DNA of 64,000 nt from a virus, in IMG/VR virus record IMGVR_UViG_3300045988_119379, positions 87,113-151,112 of that record. The stretch is one strand, 5' to 3'. The position numbers and the translations under genes were made by a program. Position 1 is the stretch's first letter. Each line of letters opens with the position of its first letter. Positions 56,917 through 64,000 of this stretch are shown in pieces. The notes under the pieces are model-generated. The model ran no database searches. It saw only the letters and a list, made by a program, of their open reading frames with translations, and was not told the origin of the DNA.

Positions 56917-56956
56917 AAAAAAAAACGGCACCTATCTTCACAGACCAGTGCCGGCA
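56917..56956 (-). terminator. candidate intra-operon terminator on - strand: CGGCAC/GTGCCG hairpin followed by U9
   Basis: 6-bp stem, 16-nt loop, 9-nt T-run on - strand between two genes. Confidence 0.4.
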
Positions 56957-56974
56957 ACTAACTCGCATGGAAAA

Positions 56975-57385
56975 CTACTTAACCTCAACTAATTCTACAG
57001 AGTTGTAGAATTTAGTGAAGCTACCAACAAATTCTCTTATATTTTTATATTCTTCTGGTCGTTTTCTGTTACCATCTTTTATATAATTCACCCACAGTCT
57101 ATCCTCTATGTTCTTAATCGCATTCTCTATCGTAAATTCGTCGCTGACGCTCATTAAACACGAAGACCCGGTTTTCTTATGTGGTTTATATATCCTTGAA
57201 AAAGACCACATTTTTATTCTATCATATATATATCCGTTGTTGGGATAAACGAATCCTATCCGGCTGTCACCTTCTTTAGCGTAAAACACACCTGGCTCCT
57301 TCCCGCCCTTTCTATATACTACAAATCCTTTTTCTTTTAGGATATTAACCACTTTATCTAATTTATTTTCTACGTTCATTTTCAT
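56975..57385 (-). CDS. hypothetical protein (136 aa)
   Basis: ORF. Confidence 0.5.
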   Translation of the reverse strand: MKMNVENKLDKVVNILKEKGFVVYRKGGKEPGVFYAKEGDSRIGFVYPNNGYIYDRIKMWSFSRIYKPHKKTGSSCLMSVSDEFTIENAIKNIEDRLWVNYIKDGNRKRPEEYKNIREFVGSFTKFYNSVELVEVK

Positions 57386-57836
57386 GCAAAAATTTAAAAA
57401 CGACCCTCATTATAGTTGCGAAGTTCTCTACCTTAACCCACTCATGAGCTACTGCTCTAAGTACAGACGTTTCATATGTTGGGACATTGTCTTCTTCAAC
57501 CACCTTACAAGAAGCCAGAACTCCTTCAGTCGGCTTTAGTCCACGGTCATGCAGCTCGCAGAGACCGTCTGGCCGGCGGAACACGCACCACCCGTCTTTC
57601 TCTGTTGGTTGGATCATCGCTATTGGTTTTTCTTTCACTGCAAGATACCCCACCATCCACATTGTCTCTTTTAGCCTGTCAGCATATCCTGCATCTATGA
57701 TAGCTTCTATGTCCTTTGGTGTACCAATACAAGGAACCTTACACATGTTCTTGCATTTATCACATGTACAAGGCTGCTCCCATCTATTATGATCTATGCC
57801 AACCAACCTCCTTATCCGTTCTACTTCCTCTTTCAT
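57363..57836 (-). CDS. Cys-rich protein (157 aa; CTCDKCKNMCKVPC ... C)
   Basis: ORF. Confidence 0.5.
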   Translation of the reverse strand: MKEEVERIRRLVGIDHNRWEQPCTCDKCKNMCKVPCIGTPKDIEAIIDAGYADRLKETMWMVGYLAVKEKPIAMIQPTEKDGWCVFRRPDGLCELHDRGLKPTEGVLASCKVVEEDNVPTYETSVLRAVAHEWVKVENFATIMRVVFKFLHENERRK

Positions 57837-57837
57837 A

Positions 57838-58122
57838 TTATACTGTCTCTGTTAGTTTTTCATAATACAACTTCATTTCCGGTGAAGCGTATTCCATGAA
57901 CGCTTCGAATAAGCGAGGTACCTCTATTATCATATTCACATTACAACCTTCTACCTGTGAAAGCGATTCAAGATCATTACTGTATGAACACGTTACATGA
58001 GCTCCTACATTAAACACATGCAAATCTAATCTTGCATATTCCATACACAAATCTAACGCCTTAAACAAGTTCTCTACCTCAATCTCCTGAAATAGGTCTA
58101 TAAACATTCTTAAATCCATCAT
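57838..58122 (-). CDS. hypothetical protein (94 aa)
   Basis: ORF. Confidence 0.5.
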   Translation of the reverse strand: MMDLRMFIDLFQEIEVENLFKALDLCMEYARLDLHVFNVGAHVTCSYSNDLESLSQVEGCNVNMIIEVPRLFEAFMEYASPEMKLYYEKLTETV

Positions 58123-58502
58123 TTTATCACCCTTTCCACGTGTTTAATTAATACTACTGCTATTCCCTTACCGGTTTTTATCGCACATTCCGACCCTTTT
58201 ATCCATTCTACACACCCTACATACTTTTCCGTAGCATGAAATCCGGGATTGTATTTTCCAGATGTACTGAACTCTACCGTATCCCCTACCTTCAAATCAT
58301 CAAAAGCAATAGACCATGTGGTCCAAATTCTATCATGTCTCCCAGGCTGAATGGCTCCAATTACGCCCTTCTTACGACCGTTTTTTATCGCCCTTAGTAT
58401 TATCTTTCTATCATCTTCGATAAGGCTGCAAAAGCGCCCGTAAAAGGTCAAATCAACCTGTTTTCCTCCTATTTCTTCTCTTATTTTTGTTATTCTGTTC
58501 AT
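58119..58502 (-). CDS. hypothetical protein (127 aa)
   Basis: ORF. Confidence 0.5.
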   Translation of the reverse strand: MNRITKIREEIGGKQVDLTFYGRFCSLIEDDRKIILRAIKNGRKKGVIGAIQPGRHDRIWTTWSIAFDDLKVGDTVEFSTSGKYNPGFHATEKYVGCVEWIKGSECAIKTGKGIAVVLIKHVERVIK

Positions 58503-58746
58503 TTTCTGATTTTGTTTTATTTTTTTCTTTGTTTTTTCTATCTTCTATAGAAGATGATAATAACATTATCTTTTCTATGTTACTTTTTGACTGTAAAAAA
58601 GAATCGCATTTCATTACTACTACCACCTTCTTAAGCTCCCCATTATCGTATAGCGATACACGCATCATGTTTTGCACTTCGTCCACTATCAGACCTGGAG
58701 TAGTCTTAGCCATTTTGCGTAGCTTATTATACTCCGGTCTTTCCAT
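58453..58746 (-). CDS. hypothetical protein (97 aa) with basic C-terminal tail
   Basis: ORF. Confidence 0.4.
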   Translation of the reverse strand: MERPEYNKLRKMAKTTPGLIVDEVQNMMRVSLYDNGELKKVVVVMKCDSFLQSKSNIEKIMLLSSSIEDRKNKEKNKTKSENEQNNKNKRRNRRKTG

Positions 58747-59011
58747 TTCCTCTGTTTATTACTCTATAGTATTTATCCTTATCCCCTTCTTTCAACTTCT
58801 CCAGATAGAAAATTCCATCATGTAAATGAGACAAACAAAACCTGTATCCGTATTTCTGTACTCTTCTTACATGATCCCGCAGTCTTATCTCTTCACTTTT
58901 GTCTTGTACTTTGATTTTAATACTGTCTCCTTCTTTGATTGTGTATAAAATAGTTTGAATCTCTTCTTTTTTCATCTTATAAAATATTTTAACGGCAGCA
59001 CCTATACTCAC
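58727..59011 (-). CDS. hypothetical protein (94 aa)
   Basis: ORF. Confidence 0.45.
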   Translation of the reverse strand: MSIGAAVKIFYKMKKEEIQTILYTIKEGDSIKIKVQDKSEEIRLRDHVRRVQKYGYRFCLSHLHDGIFYLEKLKEGDKDKYYRVINRGNGKTGV

Positions 59012-59038
59012 GCACCACTACTGCCTTATGTTTAACAA

Positions 59039-59848
59039 TTAAATACTTAACTCTTCAATGGTCAAGCCTTTTTCTTTTGCCCACTTTAGCATCGCGCATA
59101 ATTCTGTTTCTGACTTATATTTCGGATCACGCCACGCCCATCCGAATTTATCCAGGACATGATGATATAATTCGTCGGCCTTTGCCGTGTAAATGTCTTT
59201 GAATAAATGCTCCGAACCTTCCGGTATAAGCATCTCTGTTGTTGCAAAATCGGAATACGATAAACATCCGTAAGCATATTCTGTTATTTCACTCCATGCT
59301 TCTCCGGCTTTAAATCCAAATTCTTTTACAAAAGCCAAAGTTAGATACATATTTAATAATATTGTTACATCATATTCCGAATCTGACTTTCTTTCTATTA
59401 TTTCCTTTTCAAATTCCTTTAAATCTTCAGGCCCTAAAAAGATGTATCCTGATACCGACCGGTAATTAGCCTCCGCATACTTCTTGCATTTATCATCATT
59501 GGCAATCTTACCAATGTTAGATAACATCTTTTGCCTCCATTCATCACAAAACTCTACCCTTACATCCATCCAATCAGTACCATAATTGTGATCTTTTGGA
59601 TGTCCGACCGATATTACCTTTATGTTATTCACACCATATTCATAAAGGCGTTCGCCCACCTTATTCGCCCATTCCTGTACAAAAGGAATAAACTTATTGC
59701 AATAAGAATCAAAATCAAAATCTAATTCATCCTCATATTCTGGCATCTCTTCATAATCTTGTTCAAAGAAATCGCGAGGATCTGCTATTGTTTCATAGAA
59801 ACTTACGTTAATGAAACAAAACTTGTTGGTTGTCGTTTTTAATATCAT
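59039..59848 (-). CDS. hypothetical protein (269 aa)
   Basis: ORF. Confidence 0.55.
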   Translation of the reverse strand: MILKTTTNKFCFINVSFYETIADPRDFFEQDYEEMPEYEDELDFDFDSYCNKFIPFVQEWANKVGERLYEYGVNNIKVISVGHPKDHNYGTDWMDVRVEFCDEWRQKMLSNIGKIANDDKCKKYAEANYRSVSGYIFLGPEDLKEFEKEIIERKSDSEYDVTILLNMYLTLAFVKEFGFKAGEAWSEITEYAYGCLSYSDFATTEMLIPEGSEHLFKDIYTAKADELYHHVLDKFGWAWRDPKYKSETELCAMLKWAKEKGLTIEELSI

Positions 59849-60099
59849 AACTTTTTGTATTTACGTACATTTTTCTTGCCATAGAATCTACACATGGCAC
59901 GAATCTGACTATAAAATACTTTTGTCCTCCTGGCCTCAAAGTATTTAAACATTTCTTCATTCTTTGTTTCCCACACGTAATCCGTTTGGGAACTCATGTG
60001 ATTTTTGTCCTTGCGCGAATAATGGTAATATGATACCACAACACGTTTCGCACCATTCTTTACAGGTACGATATTCACATCTATGTTATTATCTGTCAT
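59845..60099 (-). CDS. hypothetical protein (84 aa); first gene of the - strand block
   Basis: ORF; upstream 300 nt non-coding structured leader. Confidence 0.5.
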   Translation of the reverse strand: MTDNNIDVNIVPVKNGAKRVVVSYYHYSRKDKNHMSSQTDYVWETKNEEMFKYFEARRTKVFYSQIRAMCRFYGKKNVRKYKKL

Positions 60100-60408
60100 A
60101 TTATTATTGTTTTATGTTATTTAATGGTAATACTGATCCCATTTATGTGTCAGATGATAATTAAACATTATATTTGCCCTGTCTTGCGACCTCGGAAGGG
60201 CATTTCCGAGTTGGAAAGTGCGGGTGATTCCAACGGTTGTAAAACCGGGGTTCCGTACGTTTGTATCCAAGAATCCCGTTTGCTTTAGCTATGGGAGTAT
60301 GTCAAGCATTATATAAATACAAAGAGCGCATACCTTCACAGGCCGGCGCTCCTTTCAATAAAAATGAAAAAACTAATATTACATAAACATATTGTTTTCT
60401 ACTCTTTA

Positions 60409-60642
60409 TTACAATACTTTTGTTCCGCAATTATTATATCTTCCATACTCTTTTTTCGTATCATTCAAAATTTCAAAAACCATCTTCTTATGATCTTTGT
60501 TTGGCAACTTGTCTTTAATAGCCGATATTACACCAGCTATAGACGTAAAGCCTGAATCCGTTATTGAACATAGTAATAATCCCCTGTCATCGCTGGTGCT
60601 TATCGCTGACGCCTTTATAATATCATTCTTATATATTCTCAT
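60409..60642 (-). CDS. hypothetical protein (77 aa)
   Basis: ORF in gene-poor region. Confidence 0.35.
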   Translation of the reverse strand: MRIYKNDIIKASAISTSDDRGLLLCSITDSGFTSIAGVISAIKDKLPNKDHKKMVFEILNDTKKEYGRYNNCGTKVL

Positions 60643-60662
60643 AACTTTTTTGTTTTATTGTT

Positions 60663-60757
60663 TGTGAGATGCCCAGAATCGAACCAGGACCGGTACATAC
60701 ATGCCGGCACGCCGCGTCATCCCCCTATATGATACAGAAATAGGCATGCCTATCCTC
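60663..60757 (-). tRNA. tRNA-like element (T-arm CCTGG-TTCGATT-CTGGG, 3' acceptor CATCTCA-C; possible long variable arm CCGG-10nt-CCGG); full cloverleaf not resolved
   Basis: GGTTCGATTC T-loop motif on - strand, 5-bp complementarity to an upstream TGAGG; no encoded CCA. Confidence 0.3.
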
Positions 60758-60818
60758 ACGAACCGACATGCCAAAACCCAAAACTTAATTTGATGAATAA
60801 AATAGATTAACAAAAATA

Positions 60819-61133
60819 CTATTCTAATTCTTTTATAATATCTTTCACAATATTCAGCCTTACCTCCTTCGTTTCTGGACTAAGACAACCAAACCACCCA
60901 TAAAACGTTCTTGTTTCCTCTGGTTCTGTGGCCATACTTATCTTCTCTTCCAATTCCGGGAAATATATTCTTACCATTTCGTCTGAACGAAACTCATAGA
61001 TATTTTTATGTGTTTTGAAATACATAAACACTACATTTCTTAACGCAACACATATATATTCCCCATCCTCTAACCTATCAATCATCTCATATACCTTTTC
61101 CCATATGAATAATCGCTCTTCTTTTGTAAACAT
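60819..61133 (-). CDS. hypothetical protein (104 aa)
   Basis: ORF. Confidence 0.5.
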   Translation of the reverse strand: MFTKEERLFIWEKVYEMIDRLEDGEYICVALRNVVFMYFKTHKNIYEFRSDEMVRIYFPELEEKISMATEPEETRTFYGWFGCLSPETKEVRLNIVKDIIKELE

Positions 61134-61141
61134 ATCCTTCT

Positions 61142-61489
61142 TTATTTTTGTGGTATTATTTGACTGTATGCAGACTTTTCCATGTACACAACACTATGCT
61201 CCTGTCCAAGTATTTTCTTTGCTGCCTCTTTCTTTATCGCACAATATCTCCCTGTACGATACGGATTCTTTTGATCTGATCCATCCTCGACTTCGATAAT
61301 AAAACAGCCTCCGTCATCTATTATCTTTTTGCAATTGTCACATACTCCTCCCGTGCATATATGATGCGGCGCCTGACCTTTGATGTTATTCCCTAATAAA
61401 GCAATCCCCATCTCTTCGCCACATATCATGCAGACTTCTATAGACGGATTCAATCCGTGTTCTGGATGTAATGTAATACCATCTTTCAT
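61142..61489 (-). CDS. Cys-rich zinc-ribbon-like protein (115 aa; CMICG...CTGGVCDNC...GGC)
   Basis: ORF. Confidence 0.5.
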   Translation of the reverse strand: MKDGITLHPEHGLNPSIEVCMICGEEMGIALLGNNIKGQAPHHICTGGVCDNCKKIIDDGGCFIIEVEDGSDQKNPYRTGRYCAIKKEAAKKILGQEHSVVYMEKSAYSQIIPQK

Positions 61490-61518
61490 TTTCTTTCCTC
61501 CTTTGTTTTTAATGTTGT

Positions 61519-61585
61519 GTGAGATCGCCGGAATCGAACCGACCTACCGCACCATGAATCCCATAAAGCAAATGCTCCGATCTTC
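61519..61585 (-). tRNA. tRNA-like element (T-arm GTCGG-TTCGATT-CCGGC, 3' acceptor GATCTCA-C pairing with upstream AGATC); preceded by a 9-bp hairpin (61571-61600); cloverleaf not resolved
   Basis: GGTTCGATTCC motif plus acceptor complementarity; shares 3' end ATCTCACA with the 60663 element. Confidence 0.3.
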
Positions 61586-61831
61586 GCAGACGGGAGCATT
61601 CTGTCTAAAGCATAAGAAAATTAATGAAGAAAATCTTCCTCACTTACGCCATAGCATCTAAAATAGCTATCAACACTATTTCTATGACAAGCATAATAGA
61701 GAATGTCTTAAATATCTTTTTCATATCTCCTCCTTTTTTATCTGTTCTTTTCACGTTCCACAATAAACTGTTCCGGCTCTGCTCCGACCTACGTTCCACC
61801 TACAACCGCAGGCCTTAGCCCAAGGCGCCGC

Positions 61832-62092
61832 CTACTCCCCCTCTATGGCAGCCTGTTCGTACCTACAAAGCCAATCTCCATCTATACAACTATTACTACG
61901 CGATAACAAACATTTATCCTTATAATAATCATAAAAAATACACCTCTCACAACTGTAATCCCTAATTTCTATACAGCTAACTACCTTAGCATATACTATA
62001 CCATCACTGCCTCCTATTCCTTTCACCCCAAAAATAGAACCTTCTTCCTCCTTACTCAAATCTAAGTCAGGCGCAAAGTCATATACGTTCAT
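61832..62092 (-). CDS. Cys-rich small protein (86 aa)
   Basis: ORF. Confidence 0.45.
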   Translation of the reverse strand: MNVYDFAPDLDLSKEEEGSIFGVKGIGGSDGIVYAKVVSCIEIRDYSCERCIFYDYYKDKCLLSRSNSCIDGDWLCRYEQAAIEGE

Positions 62093-62161
62093 GTTGTTTA
62101 TGTTTTAATTGTTATACATTCCGATTGAAAAAAATACTCACATAATGCAGTCCTTAACTCT

Positions 62162-62453
62162 TACCTACAGAATACTGTTTTAAAAACGCTGTAAGTCTTA
62201 ATTTTGTTGGAAAATCCTACAGAATGCTGTTTTAAAGCACTGCAATCCTTAATCTTGTTGGAAGAACCTACAGAATGCTGTTTTAAAACGCTGATCTGTT
62301 GAATTTTGTTGAAAGAGAGTTGAATTTTGTTGAAAGAGAGTTGAATTTTGTTGAAAGAGAGTTGAATTTTGTTGGAAGAGCCTACAGAATGCTGTTTTAA
62401 AACGCTGATCTGTTGAATTTTGTTGGAAGAGAGTTGAATTTTGTTGGAAGAGA
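62162..62453. repeat. iteron array: six 21-bp units TTGAATTTTGTTG(A/G)AAGAGAG interleaved with four ~52-bp units CCTACAGAAT(G/A)CTGTTTTAAAACGCTG...AATYTTGTTGGAA; followed by C-rich tract 62454-62505
   Basis: direct tandem repeats read from sequence; no spacers, so not CRISPR. Confidence 0.8.
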
Positions 62454-62978
62454 GTGCCCTCCCTCTCCCCCTCTCCAACCCCGGCTAATCCTCCGGCTTT
62501 CCGCATAGAACCTGCACTCTACCGCCTCACTACCGGCATACGGAGAACGCTACAAGCTTATACTATGGCATGAAGTATGGGGTGTTTAGAGATAATATCA
62601 TTCCATAGAGAGAATGAAGACCTTCAGCCCACGCCCTACCGTCTGCTCCTCCTATCAAAATAGATATTTAAACCTATAATCAAAGCCAATAAAGAAAAGA
62701 AAAAGGTCATTACAACATTATACTGATCCGGTCCGTACTCCAACATAGAACGAATACCAACCGACAGAAAATACAAGTCAGCTACTAATAAAAACCACCA
62801 CATAAAATAAAAAAAAAATACAATAAGTATGTCCGAAAATACGGGTATTATAAAACCTAACTAATTGATAATCAAGCATACCTCATTTTTGAGAAAAATA
62901 CAATAAGCTTAATTTTCAATCCATAGAGACGAAAAAGGCGGCATCCGGCACCCTATTTTGGGTCAGAAAACCGCCTAA

Positions 62979-63071
62979 AGTTTCGTTTTAGACCAATTTT
63001 AACGACATGATATAGACAAAATACCGGCATTATATCCAAACTATCCTATTTTAGTTTCGTTTTAGACCAAT
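62979..63071. repeat. two copies of 19-bp direct repeat AGTTTCGTTTTAGACCAAT (62979-62997 and 63053-63071) in AT-rich non-coding zone
   Basis: exact 19-nt identity 55 nt apart. Confidence 0.6.
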
Positions 63072-63176
63072 ATAGCTCAAATCCGACGTTCACTCTCAGA
63101 ATATCTTACCCTTAAATAGAAAGAGTAGGATACAAAAATAGGGCTGCTCCGATATTCGAAACAACTCTATTCCTGT

Positions 63177-63383
63177 TTAAATACTGTTTATGTTTTCTTT
63201 CACGTATGTTCGTGATGTATGGACTTTACGTTTGCATTTGTCCTTTCCTGTATCGGAATGATACGCTTCTTTGAGATCACGATACAACATAAATTCACGA
63301 TACGCTCTTTTCCTCTTTTCTTTAGCTTCTTTCCTGGACAGACCGCGAACATCTACCATGTAAGATTTAAATTTCCTTTCCAT
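63177..63383 (-). CDS. small basic protein (68 aa)
   Basis: ORF. Confidence 0.4.
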   Translation of the reverse strand: MERKFKSYMVDVRGLSRKEAKEKRKRAYREFMLYRDLKEAYHSDTGKDKCKRKVHTSRTYVKENINSI

Positions 63384-63405
63384 TTTCTTTATGCTTTAAT
63401 TATGA

Positions 63406-63576
63406 TTAACCCCAGCGGTTAAGTGCTTCAATATAGAAACCCTCCGCCTCTTTGTACTCACTTTCGCTTAATGTTTCCACCGTATCTATGTAGTTACGCA
63501 ATGTTATTTTTACGCAACTGTTTTTAGATTTATTGAACGCTTCAGTTAAAACGTTAATCATTGCTTTCTTTTCCAT
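63406..63576 (-). CDS. small ORF (56 aa) not in track, directly upstream of 63177-63383
   Basis: ATG...TAA frame MEKKAMINVLTEAF...; below the track length cutoff. Confidence 0.3.
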   Translation of the reverse strand: MEKKAMINVLTEAFNKSKNSCVKITLRNYIDTVETLSESEYKEAEGFYIEALNRWG

Positions 63577-63600
63577 GCTATTATATTATTTATAATTTAG

Positions 63601-63663
63601 AGGTTGCTCTGGAATCGAACCAGACACGCATTCCTATTCTATACGAATTTTATGCTACAACCA
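63601..63663 (-). tRNA. tRNA-like element (perfect T-arm TCTGG-TTCGATT-CCAGA, 3' acceptor GCAACCT-C pairing with upstream GGTTGT); only about 63 nt so probably non-canonical or mis-bounded
   Basis: GGTTCGATTCC motif; candidate anticodon stem-loop with AGA; D-arm not found. Confidence 0.25.
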
Positions 63664-64000
63664 ACAGCCCGTAATTAGTACGTAGTTCTTGTGTACAGGC
63701 CCGTACTATATTGTTATTATATTTTCCGTCTGCTACACAATTTAGCCACAAATAAAGGCGATTGTGTCCTTGCGTTTTGATACGGCACGTCCCTACATGG
63801 TAGGCTACATGCTTGTACCCTGTAATTTAATCTACAGCCTTGTTCTATTTTTCGTGTAAGCAAGTAAGGCACGTTTCGGTCTGGAGATAAATCGCGTACA
63901 ACGGTATGTTTTCCAAACTGTACTAACATACCTAACATAACTACATTTATTCAATGTAGTACATGCAGTAATACCAGCCCTTTAATTGCCAACGGCAAGG

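Noticed and set aside
62162-62453. Possible CRISPR array
   Set aside because: The repeats are directly tandem with no unique spacers of regular length. There are two interleaved unit types and no cas genes, so iterons are far more likely.
62161-62506. ORFs 62161-62478 and 62249-62506 translating to SNKIQLSFNKIQ... repeats
   Set aside because: They lie entirely within the tandem DNA repeat array. The periodic peptide is an artefact of 21-bp repeats being a multiple of 3, and they are read on the - strand with no start context.
60663-63663. Calling the three T-loop-containing elements canonical tRNAs with anticodon identities, or as attP-type tRNA 3' fragments
   Set aside because: I could not assemble complete cloverleaves (D-arms missing or lengths off) by eye, and no integrase is visible in the window. 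They are reported only as low-confidence tRNA-like elements pending tRNAscan-SE/ARAGORN.

Overview
This 64 kb window reads as part of a large tailed dsDNA bacteriophage genome rather than a bacterial chromosome, possibly crAss-like (weak inference). It has two convergent transcription blocks. Block 1 (1-21160, + strand) is dominated by three giant ORFs with no recognisable catalytic motifs. The first runs to 5626 and its frame is open to the window edge (>1853 aa), the second is 751 aa, and the third is 2140 aa. They are interspersed with small genes and followed by clean rho-independent terminators. Among the small genes is a trio of Gly/Asn-rich proteins with vicinal Cys-Cys dyads. Block 2 (21250-60099, - strand) holds about 70 tightly packed, often ATGA-coupled, mostly small genes. 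I could support these replication and recombination calls: an SF2 DECH helicase, a DnaB-like helicase, a Zn-ribbon/TOPRIM-like putative primase, and a Cas4/RecB-like Fe-S nuclease. A C5-cytosine DNA methyltransferase is interrupted by a +1 frameshift at an A8 tract. The most striking element is an operon of an acyl carrier protein, an NfeD-like membrane protein and a full-length flotillin (SPFH/FloT-like). Other calls in block 2 are an ABC-type ATPase, a DUF1566-like protein, a Pol-beta-type nucleotidyltransferase (CCA/polyA-polymerase head motif), a tandem paralog pair, a lipoprotein, and many Cys-rich Zn-ribbon-like microproteins. The last 4 kb (60100-64000) is gene-poor and structured. It carries three tRNA-like elements (GGTTCGATTCC T-loops plus acceptor 3' strands, with the cloverleaf not fully resolvable by eye), a 290-bp iteron array adjacent to a C-rich tract, and an AT-rich zone with direct repeats. 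Together these suggest an origin or regulatory hub. No capsid, portal, terminase or tail genes were recognised. Translation signals are mixed, and the host cannot be assigned from sequence alone. All functional calls rest on motif recognition by eye. None was confirmed by search.
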